This document shows, piece after piece, positions 19,769 to 29,891 of a stretch of 53,065 nt of DNA. Position 1 is the stretch's first letter. The number at the start of each line of letters is the position of its first letter. Below the pieces are notes generated by a model that saw nothing but the letters and a program-made list of their open reading frames with translations, was not told the DNA's origin and did no database searches. Both the position numbers and the translations under genes were made by a program. The DNA is taken from the sequence record SRR22947725_5774; one strand, 5' to 3'.

Positions 19769-20719
19769 TTGTTAAAACCTAAATTAAAACTATATTTGGC
19801 TGCTCCGAGAGGTTTTTGTGCTGGCGTTGATCGAGCTATTAAAATGGTAGAATTAGCAATTCAAAAGTGGGGAGCTCCAATTTATGTTCGTCATGAAATC
19901 GTGCATAATAAATTTGTCGTTGATCAACTCAGATCTAAGGGAGCAATTTTTATTGAAGACCTAAATGACTGTCCTAGTGATCGACCAGTTATTTTCTCTG
20001 CTCACGGAGTGCCTAAATCAGTAGAAAAAGAAGTGCTTGATAGAAAGATGATTTATATAGATGCTACATGCCCGTTAGTTTCAAAGGTTCATAATGAAGC
20101 TCAACGGCATTTTTCAAATGATCGCCAGATGGTAATGATAGGACATGAAGGCCATCCTGAAACCATTGGAACAATGGGCCAACTTCCAGCAGGTGAAGTA
20201 CTTTTGGTTGAAACGGTCAGTGACGTACAAAAGATTGAACCTCGAGACAAAAATCTACTAGCATTTATTACTCAAACTACTCTATCTGTTGACGACACTA
20301 TAGAGATAATCACAGCGCTCAAAAAAAGATTTCCAAATATTATTGGTCCTCACAAAGAAGATATATGTTACGCTACTACTAATAGGCAAACCGCAGTTAA
20401 GGTAATGTCAACTAAGACTAAGACTATGCTGGTGATCGGTGCTCCTAATTCCTCAAACTCTAACCGTTTAGTGGAAGTCGGCTTAAAAGCGGGTTGCTCG
20501 TATGCCTGTCTAATTCAAAGAGCTACAGAAATTGATTGGGTAGCACTTAAAGATATTTCTTCAATAGGTTTGACAGCTGGAGCATCCGCTCCTGATGAAC
20601 TCATTAACGAAGTTATAGCCGCATTTAAGGACCGTTATGAAACTACGGTAGAGTTAGTAGAAACTGCCATAGAAAATATTGAATTTAAGGTCCCTAAAAT
20701 ACTTAGAGAATTTTCGTGA
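19769..20719 (+). CDS. ispH: 4-hydroxy-3-methylbut-2-enyl diphosphate reductase
   Basis: [26 protein letters not shown] and SSNS. Probable TTG start at 19769 after a GGAGAGG SD (the track starts at 19745). Confidence 0.95.
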   Translation: MLKPKLKLYLAAPRGFCAGVDRAIKMVELAIQKWGAPIYVRHEIVHNKFVVDQLRSKGAIFIEDLNDCPSDRPVIFSAHGVPKSVEKEVLDRKMIYIDATCPLVSKVHNEAQRHFSNDRQMVMIGHEGHPETIGTMGQLPAGEVLLVETVSDVQKIEPRDKNLLAFITQTTLSVDDTIEIITALKKRFPNIIGPHKEDICYATTNRQTAVKVMSTKTKTMLVIGAPNSSNSNRLVEVGLKAGCSYACLIQRATEIDWVALKDISSIGLTAGASAPDELINEVIAAFKDRYETTVELVETAIENIEFKVPKILREFS

Positions 20720-21189
20720 AAAATATCCCCAAAACAGCAATAGTGTTGAGTTTTTTGGGCTTAATTCCTTTCTTTATTTTCTCAATATTTCAAATGATAT
20801 CACTCAGTAGTATCACATCTCAAAGCTACTTATTAATTAATGCTGAGCTGGATAAGCTATTACTTTCTTATGGGCTAATAATACTAAGCTTTATGGCAGG
20901 AACTCACTGGGGGTTTGCCGCAAAAAGTTCGGGGGTATTATCTACAAAGGCTTATTTATCTAGTGTGGTTCCAACTTTTTTAGTATTCTTAATAATACCT
21001 GAGCATTTTTTTTCTGTGAGCTACAATATTAAATTATCATTGGCTTTACTTTTACTTGGTTTTTTGGGAATCCTGTTATTTGACGTCCATCACTGGAAAG
21101 AAAAACTTGCACCGCAATGGTGGTTAAGCTTACGTGTTCCAATGACCCTTATCGTAGTGCTATTACTTTTAGTAGGTATATCTGCCTAA
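20716..21189 (+). CDS. DUF3429 membrane protein
   Basis: [20 protein letters not shown] and [12 protein letters not shown] start overlaps the ispH stop. Confidence 0.85.
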   Translation: MKNIPKTAIVLSFLGLIPFFIFSIFQMISLSSITSQSYLLINAELDKLLLSYGLIILSFMAGTHWGFAAKSSGVLSTKAYLSSVVPTFLVFLIIPEHFFSVSYNIKLSLALLLLGFLGILLFDVHHWKEKLAPQWWLSLRVPMTLIVVLLLLVGISA

Positions 21190-21638
21190 TGTTTATTTGT
21201 GCCTATACTGATGGAGCCTGTTCAGGAAACCCTGGGCCTGGTGGTTGGGGGGTTATAATAACAGCCACAAAAGATAAAAGCATAATAAAAAAGATAGAAT
21301 TAAATGGAGGAGAAGAGCACACCACCAACAACCGGATGGAATTGACTGCAGCTATAAACGCATTAAACGCTCTAGAACGACCCTCAACAATAACAATCTA
21401 TACAGATAGTGTTTATGTTAAAGACGGTATATCAAAGTGGTTATCAACTTGGAAATCAAAAGGTTGGAAGACAGCATCAAAGAAGCCTGTAAAAAATGAA
21501 GACCTTTGGAGAGACCTGGATGACGCCAGAAAACCACATAACGTGACTTGGGAATGGGTGAAAGGACACTCTGGCAATACAGAAAATGACCGTGCAGATT
21601 TACTTGCCAGATTAGGAATGGCCCCTTTCCAAAATTAA
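21189..21638 (+). CDS. rnhA: Ribonuclease HI
   Basis: [24 protein letters not shown] and WVKGHSG. The ATG at 21189 overlaps the upstream TAA. Confidence 0.96.
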   Translation: MFICAYTDGACSGNPGPGGWGVIITATKDKSIIKKIELNGGEEHTTNNRMELTAAINALNALERPSTITIYTDSVYVKDGISKWLSTWKSKGWKTASKKPVKNEDLWRDLDDARKPHNVTWEWVKGHSGNTENDRADLLARLGMAPFQN

Positions 21639-21683
21639 ATGCAAGTTCTTTAAATTATGGGTAAAAAAATATCAAAAACCACT

Positions 21684-22583
21684 CTAAAGTAGTTTTTCCG
21701 GCAAACTGTTCCCCTTTAAAAACTCTTCAGTAGTTACGATCCGTTTCCCAGGTTTTTGAACTGAGGTAATAGACACAGCCCCAGCACCACAAGCTACTGT
21801 GAAACTATCTAAAATTTTTCCAGGGTCTGCCTTTATGTTCTTTGTATAGCTACCCAGGAGCTTAAGACGCTCCCCATTCACATGACACCAAGCCCCCGGC
21901 CAAGGAGACATTGCACGGATCAACCTATCTATTTCTGTAGCCGGTTGCCGCCAATCTATCAAAGTTTCATTTTTTAAAACTTTTTGAGCATACGTTATAC
22001 CCTGATTTGCTTGTTGAATATCTACAATGTCACTAATTTTAGAAATAGTATGAACAATTAAATTTGCTCCTATGTTAGATAATCTTTCGTGAAGCTCACC
22101 TGATGTTTCCTGTTCTCCTATCTCCACCTCGAATGTATCAACTATAGCTCCTGTGTCTAAACCTTGATCCATCCGCATTATACATACCCCCGTTGTAGGG
22201 TCACCTGCCATAATCGCCCTCTGAATTGGTGCTGCCCCCCGCCACCTTGGCAAAAGTGAAGCATGAACATTCAAACACCCAAATCTGGAGCCATCCAAAA
22301 TTTCCTTTGGAAGTAAAAGGCCATATGCTACAACAACGCCAACATCAGCCTCAAGATCTAAAAAATCTTGAACAATTTTATCATCAGAGAGCCTAGACGG
22401 ATGCCTAACTAAAAGTCCCAGTTCATTTGCTCTAACATGTACTGGTGAGTTGCGAACCTTTTGTCCACGCCCCGCCACGCTCGGTGGTTGACAGTAAACA
22501 CATACTACCTGATGACCCTCTTCAATCAAAGCGTTTAGAATCGTGACAGAAAAACTAGGGGTACCAAAAAATACTATCTTCAT
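21684..22583 (-). CDS. fmt: Methionyl-tRNA formyltransferase
   Basis: FFGTP, VVAYG, NVHASLLPRWRGAAPIQ and GLDTG. Confidence 0.96.
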   Translation of the reverse strand: MKIVFFGTPSFSVTILNALIEEGHQVVCVYCQPPSVAGRGQKVRNSPVHVRANELGLLVRHPSRLSDDKIVQDFLDLEADVGVVVAYGLLLPKEILDGSRFGCLNVHASLLPRWRGAAPIQRAIMAGDPTTGVCIMRMDQGLDTGAIVDTFEVEIGEQETSGELHERLSNIGANLIVHTISKISDIVDIQQANQGITYAQKVLKNETLIDWRQPATEIDRLIRAMSPWPGAWCHVNGERLKLLGSYTKNIKADPGKILDSFTVACGAGAVSITSVQKPGKRIVTTEEFLKGNSLPEKLL

Positions 22584-22625
22584 AAACTGTAATTACTCAT
22601 TTTGATTAAATTTAAACTTAACACT

Positions 22626-23072
22626 CTATTTATCCATTATAAGTTTACCATCTAAATGATCAATCTCATGACATATAATAGCAGCCGAGATCCCTTCAAA
22701 CCGATTTCGATTTAGTTTACATTCCTCATCCATCCACATCACTTCAATAGTGTATGGTCTCTCAACTTTCACTGGAGTTTCTGGTATTGAGAGACACCTC
22801 TCTTCGTTAACTTGAGTTTCGTTCGATTTAAATAAAATCTCTGGATTTATCATAGTTACTGGCTCAGAAATTCCATTTTTCCAATTTATATCCATCACAA
22901 ATAATCTTTTGGAAATTCCAATCTGAGGTCCTGCTAGACCTCGACCCGAAGCCTCATATAAAGTGTCATACATGTCATTAATGATAGTCTTTATTTCTTT
23001 AGAAACCTCTAATATTGGCGTACAAAGCGACCTTAATACTGGGTCTGGGTATTGAATTATACTTAAGATCAT
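22626..23072 (-). CDS. def: Peptide deformylase paralog (short, variant motifs)
   Basis: GRGLAGPQIG, EERCLSIP and HEIDHLDG. Confidence 0.85.
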   Translation of the reverse strand: MILSIIQYPDPVLRSLCTPILEVSKEIKTIINDMYDTLYEASGRGLAGPQIGISKRLFVMDINWKNGISEPVTMINPEILFKSNETQVNEERCLSIPETPVKVERPYTIEVMWMDEECKLNRNRFEGISAAIICHEIDHLDGKLIMDK

Positions 23073-23587
23073 CCTTGTAACTTTTCCCTCTTAAGTTTCT
23101 TCATTTTTCGCGTAATTAACTGCCTTCGCAAAGGAGTTAAATAATCTATAAAAAGTTTACCATTTAAGTGATCTATTTCATGTTGCACGCAAGTTGCCCA
23201 CAAGCCGTTAAAAGTCCTTTGCTCTTCTACACCTGCTCTATCAATCCACCCAACCGTGACTACTGAGGGCCGTTCAACTTCTCCATACTGGTCAGGAATT
23301 GACAGACATCCTTCTTCGTGGGTATTTTTTTCATAAGATGCAAACAAAATCTTAGGATTAAACATCTGGATAGCATCTGAATTCTGGTCTTCTCCCTTAC
23401 AGTCAAGTACAATCACCCTAACCAAAGCACCTACCTGAGGCGCAGCTAATCCTATCCCCGGCGCTTCATACATTGTTTCAACCATATCATCTGCTAACCT
23501 AAGCATTTGATCCGAAACAACCGTAACAGGTAATGCTTTTTTTCTCAACTTAGGCTCTGGATGTATTAATATTGGCCTAATTGTCAT
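23069..23587 (-). CDS. def: Peptide deformylase
   Basis: GIGLAAPQVG, EEGCLSIP, QHEIDHLNG and a basic C-terminal helix. Confidence 0.96.
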   Translation of the reverse strand: MTIRPILIHPEPKLRKKALPVTVVSDQMLRLADDMVETMYEAPGIGLAAPQVGALVRVIVLDCKGEDQNSDAIQMFNPKILFASYEKNTHEEGCLSIPDQYGEVERPSVVTVGWIDRAGVEEQRTFNGLWATCVQHEIDHLNGKLFIDYLTPLRRQLITRKMKKLKREKLQG

Positions 23588-23714
23588 AAAATATTTTACT
23601 CTTCATTTTCTTACTTTACCTCATTAAAATTTTGATATTTTATGGCCGCATTATAATCATTTTTTTATAAAAAAACACATAAATTCCTAAACTTTATAGG
23701 GTAGAGGGTCAATC

Positions 23715-24887
23715 ATGGATTTTGATGAATTAATAGAAAGGCGCAACACCCACAGCGCCAAGTGGGACATAATGGAAGAAAGGTATTCTATTTCTAAGGA
23801 AGAAGGTATACCTATGCACGTTGCAGAAATGGATTTTAAGCCGCCTAAGGTAATACAAGAAAAACTCGGTGACCTTCTATCTCATGGCTTTTATGGTTAT
23901 TTTGCGGATTATAGTAATTATCATTCTTCAATAAAATGGTGGATGAAAATTCGTCACAATTGGGATGTTGGCGAGTCAAAAATTTTTACCGTCCATGGCC
24001 TAGTTAACGGTATGGCTTTATGCGTTGACGCTTTCACGAGCTCTGGTGATGAAATTATTATGTTAACCCCAATGTATCACGCTTTTTTTAACGTTCTAAA
24101 TGCAACGGATAGAGTAATCCGAGAGTTTCCTCTCAAACTGGAGGAGGACAAATATATTCTGGATTTTTCTAAGTACAAAAAATTGCTTACAGGAAAAGAA
24201 AAAATGTTAATTTTTTGTTCACCACATAACCCCGGAGGGAGAGTATGGGAAATTGAAGAGTTACAAGAGGTGGCAAAATTTTGTAGCGAAAATGACCTTT
24301 TACTTGTAAGCGACGAGATTCATCATGACCTTATCATGCCTGGATATACTCACAATGTAATGGCAGTAGCAGCACCTGAAATAAATGATAGACTGATTAT
24401 GTTAACTTCTAATACTAAAACATTTAATATTGCGGGGGCACACACCGGCAATGTTACTATAAGTAATTTAGATTTAGCTAATGTTTTCGAAGAAAAAATG
24501 AAAGCTCTTGGGCTTAGCCCAAATACTTTAGGCCTTCACATGGCCACAGCTGGGTATTCTACTGGTGGTGCAGAGTGGCTTGATAACTTACTCGTATACA
24601 TTGCAGAAAATTTTAGAATTTTTGATTCTGGAATTAATAATATTCCAGGTTGCAAAGCTATGCATGCGGAAGGCACATACCTTGCCTGGGTAGACTTTTC
24701 AGGCACAGGGATGACGCAGGCCGAAATTAAAAACCGTATCGAAACAGTAGCTAAAATTACAACCGTATACGGGTCAATTATGGGAGAAGGTGGTGGAGCT
24801 TTTATGAGATTTAATATCGCCACTCCAAGATCTCGAGTTCTTGAGGCAGTGGAACGTATGCAAAACGCATTTAAAGATTTACAATAG
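23715..24887 (+). CDS. MalY/PatB family PLP-dependent C-S lyase/aminotransferase
   Basis: AEMDF, CSPHNPGGRVW, SDEIH, TKTFNIAG and GTYLAWVDF. Confidence 0.9.
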   Translation: MDFDELIERRNTHSAKWDIMEERYSISKEEGIPMHVAEMDFKPPKVIQEKLGDLLSHGFYGYFADYSNYHSSIKWWMKIRHNWDVGESKIFTVHGLVNGMALCVDAFTSSGDEIIMLTPMYHAFFNVLNATDRVIREFPLKLEEDKYILDFSKYKKLLTGKEKMLIFCSPHNPGGRVWEIEELQEVAKFCSENDLLLVSDEIHHDLIMPGYTHNVMAVAAPEINDRLIMLTSNTKTFNIAGAHTGNVTISNLDLANVFEEKMKALGLSPNTLGLHMATAGYSTGGAEWLDNLLVYIAENFRIFDSGINNIPGCKAMHAEGTYLAWVDFSGTGMTQAEIKNRIETVAKITTVYGSIMGEGGGAFMRFNIATPRSRVLEAVERMQNAFKDLQ

Positions 24888-24917
24888 AAATAATTATAAA
24901 AGTAGTAGGAAATTAAA

Positions 24918-25952
24918 ATGGTACAAAAAATGGATAGCATTGTTCTAGCTAATAGACCTTTGGGAGATGCCGAGCTTGGTAACTTCAGGTTAGAAACAGC
25001 CGAATTGCCCCAACCAGGCCCCAATGAGTTCCTAGCACGCATCATATGGCTATCTTTAGATCCATACATGAGGGGAAGGATGAATGATACGAAATCGTAT
25101 TCACCACCGGTAGGGATTGATGAAACTATGGAAGGAGGTTGCGTAGCCGAGGTTATGGAATCTAATAACCCTGATTACTCTGTGGGAGACATAATATTAG
25201 ATCGCCTTGGATGGACTTCCCACGGTATTTCCAAAGGTATTGGAGTTAGAAAAATTGATCCTATCATCGCGCCAATTTCTTCAAACCTAGGAGTTCTCGG
25301 TATGCCAGGCCTAACCGCTTGGGTGGGGTTAAATGATATTTTAGAAGCTCAACCTGGAGAAACAATTGTTATATCTGCGGCAACTGGTGCCGTTGGGAGT
25401 CTAGCTGGCCAATTGGCAAAGCTTAAAGGCATGCGGGTCATAGGAATTGCTGGGGGGTACGACAAAACACAATATGCTATAAATGAGTTAGGATATGATG
25501 TTTGTATTGATCATAAATCTGCAAGCCTCCACGAACTACGAAAACAGATTAGTGTCGCGGCACCAAACGGTGTAGACTGTTACTTTGAAAATGTTGGTGG
25601 AAAAACATTAGAAGCAATATTGCCATTGCTGAATACCTTTGCAAGAATTGCCCTTTGCGGGATGATTGCGTGGTACTCACCAGAAGCCACTAAAACTGCA
25701 GGGCCCATCCCCGCAGTTTGGGGAGCCATACTTAGACAGCGCTTACGAGTTCGTGGTTTTATTATTTTTGACCACTATGATAGGCTGGACGCGTTCCTTG
25801 AAGAAGTCGCTCCAATGGTAAGCAACGGAACAATAAAATATAAAGAAACTATTTCCCTTGGACTCAGTTCCGCACCTCAATCTTTCTTAGACCTTTTAGA
25901 AGGGAAAAATTTTGGAAAACAACTAGTTCGAGTAGGTAATGATCCAAAGTAA
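24918..25952 (+). CDS. NADP-dependent alkenal/one oxidoreductase (PTGR/CurA-like MDR)
   Basis: LSLDPYMRGRM, GMPGLTAW, SAATGAVG, YFENVGG and GKNFGKQLV. Confidence 0.9.
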   Translation: MVQKMDSIVLANRPLGDAELGNFRLETAELPQPGPNEFLARIIWLSLDPYMRGRMNDTKSYSPPVGIDETMEGGCVAEVMESNNPDYSVGDIILDRLGWTSHGISKGIGVRKIDPIIAPISSNLGVLGMPGLTAWVGLNDILEAQPGETIVISAATGAVGSLAGQLAKLKGMRVIGIAGGYDKTQYAINELGYDVCIDHKSASLHELRKQISVAAPNGVDCYFENVGGKTLEAILPLLNTFARIALCGMIAWYSPEATKTAGPIPAVWGAILRQRLRVRGFIIFDHYDRLDAFLEEVAPMVSNGTIKYKETISLGLSSAPQSFLDLLEGKNFGKQLVRVGNDPK

Positions 25953-26115
25953 GTTTACCTAGAAAGAGGTTAAATCTTGTTCTGGAGGGCTACCTCTAGT
26001 GATACTAAATTGCCATTAATAATTAGACAGTCTATTAATGCTAGTAGTCTTACCATCATCTATGTGAAGTATTATGAAAAACAGTTACGCTCTTTAATCT
26101 ACCAAGGAAAAATAA

Positions 26116-27078
26116 ATGACAAATTATCTCGAATTTGAAAAACCCTTAGCTGAGATGTATTCAAAAGCTGAAGAACTTCGTTCTCTAGCTCGTGATGATA
26201 AAGATTTGAATGTAGATGATGAGATTCGTTCGCTAGAAATTAAGGCAGATAAACTATTAAAAAGCTTATATGGCAATCTAACCGCTTGGAGAAAATGCCA
26301 GGTTGCAAGACACCCAGATAGACCACATTGTAAAGATTATATAGAAAATTTATTTGAAGAGTATATTCCTCTAGCTGGGGATAGAAATTTTGCGGATGAT
26401 CACGCGGTAATGGGGGGCCTTGCTCGTTTTGGTGAACACTCTTTAATTGTAATCGGTCATGAAAAAGGATCAGATACAAAAAGTAGGATAGAAAGAAACT
26501 TCGGTATGGCGCGACCTGAAGGGTATCGCAAGGCCATTAGGTTGATGGACCTTGCTCATCGCTTCAATCTTCCAGTACTTACACTTGTAGACACCCCCGG
26601 AGCATACCCAGGAAAAGGTGCGGAAGAACGCGGGCAGTCAGAGGCTATAGCAAGATCTACACAAAAATGTCTAAAAATAGGTGTCCCATTGATTTCTGTT
26701 ATTATTGGTGAGGGTGGTTCTGGTGGAGCAGTAGCCTTCGCGACAGCTAATAAAGTTGCTATGTTAGAGCACTCTATCTATTCAGTCATTAGTCCCGAGG
26801 GTTGCGCCTCGATATTATGGAAGAACTCAGAGAAAATGCGAGAGGCTGCCGAAGCGCTTAAATTAACAGCGCAAGATTTGAAAAAACTAGGTGTATGCGA
26901 TATAATAATACCTGAACCTACAGGGGGCGCCCAAAGATTTAAAAATGAAGTTATACAAGCTGTAGGTGTTACAATAAATGAAATGCTTCTTGAGTTTAAA
27001 GGACAGGACAGTAATACTTTGATTAAAGATAGGCGCGAAAAATATCTATCAGTGGGTCAAAAAACCTTTGTTGCGTAA
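26116..27078 (+). CDS. accA: Acetyl-CoA carboxylase carboxyltransferase alpha subunit
   Basis: [30 protein letters not shown] and [10 protein letters not shown]. Confidence 0.97.
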   Translation: MTNYLEFEKPLAEMYSKAEELRSLARDDKDLNVDDEIRSLEIKADKLLKSLYGNLTAWRKCQVARHPDRPHCKDYIENLFEEYIPLAGDRNFADDHAVMGGLARFGEHSLIVIGHEKGSDTKSRIERNFGMARPEGYRKAIRLMDLAHRFNLPVLTLVDTPGAYPGKGAEERGQSEAIARSTQKCLKIGVPLISVIIGEGGSGGAVAFATANKVAMLEHSIYSVISPEGCASILWKNSEKMREAAEALKLTAQDLKKLGVCDIIIPEPTGGAQRFKNEVIQAVGVTINEMLLEFKGQDSNTLIKDRREKYLSVGQKTFVA

Positions 27079-27092
27079 TAATAAAAGTATTT

Positions 27093-27830
27093 TTAACGCT
27101 TTGTCTCAAACAATAACTTGTCAGAAGAAGCTTCAATCACCCCTTCAAGTTTTTTTAAAAAATGTCCTTTATCAAGTTTGGGTGATATCGGGTCTAAGAA
27201 TTCTATAACCGCAGTACCTGGGTGCCTATATACACCTCTGCGAGGCCAAAAATAGCCAGCATTTGTAGATACGGGGATACAAGTTTGCTCAAGTTTTTCA
27301 TATATTAATGCAGCTCCAATCTTATAAGGCTTTTTTTGGCCCGGTTTGACTCTAGTACCCTGAGGATAAACTACTAACTGGCCCCCAATTGTACTTTGTC
27401 GCTCCAAGTCTTTTAACATCTGAAAAATAGCACGCCCTCTCTTACCCCTACTAACAGCCACACAGCCAAGTCTGTAGGCATACTGTCCGAATATAGGAAT
27501 ATATAACAACTCCCTTTTCATAATAAATCGTCCATTTGGTATAACGCTGTAAATCATAATTATATCCAAGAACGACTGATGCTTGGATGCAATCAAAACC
27601 TCATTAGTTGGGACCTTACCTCTTATCTCTGTTTTTAGATTTATAAGCCAGCCTGCAGACCACCTAACATAGTTCGCAAAACACCAAACAGCTACTAAAG
27701 CTCCCCTCCTACTAAAAATCATCCAAGGCAAAAAGATTAAAGAGAAACATATTAAAGACAAGTACATTTGAACATTAAAGATTAAAGACCGGCCCCATTG
27801 ATATATATATATTGTACTTCGTTTGACCAT
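27093..27830 (-). CDS. plsC: 1-acyl-sn-glycerol-3-phosphate acyltransferase (PlsC family)
   Basis: KHQSFLD (HX4D motif), MKREL and YPQGTR. Confidence 0.85.
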   Translation of the reverse strand: MVKRSTIYIYQWGRSLIFNVQMYLSLICFSLIFLPWMIFSRRGALVAVWCFANYVRWSAGWLINLKTEIRGKVPTNEVLIASKHQSFLDIIMIYSVIPNGRFIMKRELLYIPIFGQYAYRLGCVAVSRGKRGRAIFQMLKDLERQSTIGGQLVVYPQGTRVKPGQKKPYKIGAALIYEKLEQTCIPVSTNAGYFWPRRGVYRHPGTAVIEFLDPISPKLDKGHFLKKLEGVIEASSDKLLFETKR

Positions 27831-28010
27831 TAATTCCTCATTATTTTTTTAGTACCTTGCTTAAGATGCCTAACTTAATAGTATATTCTCTATCATACAA
27901 ACTTGTAGCAACTTAACTGAAAGAAATTTAAGTAGAAACATAACACTTTATTTAACATTATTAAATTAATTCACTTAAACCTTAAATATTTTATTTTAGA
28001 AAAGCACAAA

Positions 28011-28421
28011 ATGGTAAACTCAAAAAAAAAGAAAAATAATATAAAGCCAGAGATGACTAATAATATCGATCAGAAAGTACTAGAGATAATACAAAAAGAA
28101 GTAGCTTATGAAACTACGCTACGAAAACTTGAAAAAGACAACAGTATAATCACTACCAAAAAAGAAAAGATAATCTCAAATAAGTTAAAATTCGATAAAA
28201 CTGAAGTAAAGGAGGAATACTCTGAGAAGTTAACTATTTTTATGTGGGTTTTTGCTGTAACCGCTTTTCTTTTAACCGTCCTATACTCAAAAACATCAGC
28301 AATTATAAATGAATTTCCATTTACTGAGAAGTTCATGTTAGAATATCAGCAGTTAATAAGAGATGGTATTAATTCAGTCTATAATAGTGATATCATTATA
28401 AAAATATTGAGTTTTTGGTAA
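28011..28421 (+). CDS. Single-pass membrane protein; probable remnant of the zinc-ribbon (MJ0042/ZitP-position) protein lacking the Zn finger
   Basis: Charged helix DQKVLEIIQKEVAYE, one TM segment, then LYSKTSAIINEFP...EY; divergent from plsC and convergent with lysA. Family assignment is from recall and synteny. Confidence 0.55.
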   Translation: MVNSKKKKNNIKPEMTNNIDQKVLEIIQKEVAYETTLRKLEKDNSIITTKKEKIISNKLKFDKTEVKEEYSEKLTIFMWVFAVTAFLLTVLYSKTSAIINEFPFTEKFMLEYQQLIRDGINSVYNSDIIIKILSFW

Positions 28422-28463
28422 ATATTATAAAAACCTTTAAGAAAATGCTTTAATAAAGCTTCT

Positions 28464-29732
28464 CTACACCCAATCTGGCACGATATCCCGCTGAATTATG
28501 TCCTCTACCAATGGCCTTGCACGAATTATCGAAAAATTATCACCTTTAACTAACACTTCTGGAATCAATGGACGAGTATTGTACTCTGAAGCCATTACAG
28601 AGCCGTAAGCTCCAGCACTCATAAAGGCTAATAGTTCTCCTGATTCCATTTTCATTAAACTTCGCTGAGTTGCAAAAGTATCCCCAGTTTCACAAACAGG
28701 GCCAACAACGTCGTAACACACAAAACTTGAATTATTATTTGGTTCCTTAATCGGCAAAATCTCATGATAAGCCGCATAAAGGGAGGGTCTGATTAAGTCA
28801 TTCATTGCACTATCAACAATCAAAAACTCTCTGTCTTCACCAAATTTTTTATAAATTATTTCACTTACTAAAATACCCGCGTTTCCAACAATAAATCTAC
28901 CTGGCTCAACCAATATTTCACATCCTAGAGAGCCTACTGTTTCTCTTATTATTTGACCGTACTCTTGGAGAGAAGGTTGAACATCATTTGTTTTTTTATA
29001 CGAAATTCCTAAACCACCCCCAAGATCTAAGCTATTAATTTCATGACCATCTTTAAGTAAATTATTCACCAGCTCTGCTACCTTAATAAATGCCATTCGA
29101 AATGGTTCAAGGTCTGTTAGCTGACTACCTATATGTACGTCTACACCTACAACCTTAACTCCTAGCATTTGTGATGCTTTAAGGTAAACTTCTCTGGCTC
29201 GATTTATAGGTATTCCAAACTTATTATCTTTTTTTCCTGTTGAAATTTTTTCATGAGTTTTCGCGTCAATATCGGGATTAACTCTTATAGTTATTGAAGT
29301 TCTTTTATTCAAAGATAATGATATCTCATTTAAAACATTTAATTCAGCCTCAGACTCAATATTAAATTGTTTTATACCCCCAATAAGAACTTGAGATATT
29401 TCATCTCTACGTTTTCCAACACCGGAAAAAACAATTTTTTCGCCAGGGACCCCTGCTACCTTTGCGCGCAAATACTCTCCAATTGAAACCACATCCATAC
29501 CAGCACCTAGCTGAGATAATAATTTTAAAATAGCAATATTGGAATTGGCCTTAACAGCGTAGCAAATTAAATTCTCCAGCCCATCTAGAGATTTCTTCAA
29601 AGATAAAAAATTATCTATTATTGATGTGGCTGAGTATAAATAGAAGGGTGTGCCAACCGCTTTAGAGATTGTTGAAATAGAAACATCTTCGGCAAATAAT
29701 TCATCATTCTTATAACTAAATTGATCTGACAT
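28464..29732 (-). CDS. lysA: Diaminopimelate decarboxylase
   Basis: YAVKAN (PLP Lys), HIGSQ, DLGGG, EPGR, GPVCETGD and AGAYG. Confidence 0.96.
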   Translation of the reverse strand: MSDQFSYKNDELFAEDVSISTISKAVGTPFYLYSATSIIDNFLSLKKSLDGLENLICYAVKANSNIAILKLLSQLGAGMDVVSIGEYLRAKVAGVPGEKIVFSGVGKRRDEISQVLIGGIKQFNIESEAELNVLNEISLSLNKRTSITIRVNPDIDAKTHEKISTGKKDNKFGIPINRAREVYLKASQMLGVKVVGVDVHIGSQLTDLEPFRMAFIKVAELVNNLLKDGHEINSLDLGGGLGISYKKTNDVQPSLQEYGQIIRETVGSLGCEILVEPGRFIVGNAGILVSEIIYKKFGEDREFLIVDSAMNDLIRPSLYAAYHEILPIKEPNNNSSFVCYDVVGPVCETGDTFATQRSLMKMESGELLAFMSAGAYGSVMASEYNTRPLIPEVLVKGDNFSIIRARPLVEDIIQRDIVPDWV

Positions 29733-29891
29733 TATTACCTGTTCCTAATAAAATTACTGTTAAACTTATACTCTTAAAATTTAGTCAAAACCAGCATGAT
29801 TAAAAAGATTTAAAAAAAATACTACAAATTACCATTTTTAGGAGTTAAATAGATTGAAAGGTTAAAGCGGTAACGGTTGGGGCTCAATAAA

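Noticed and set aside
27892..27920. Intergenic frame reading IIQTCSNL, resembling a decayed zinc-ribbon start (LTCPNC)
   Set aside because: It has only one Cys, no start codon and a stop before the downstream gene; this is compatible with chance.
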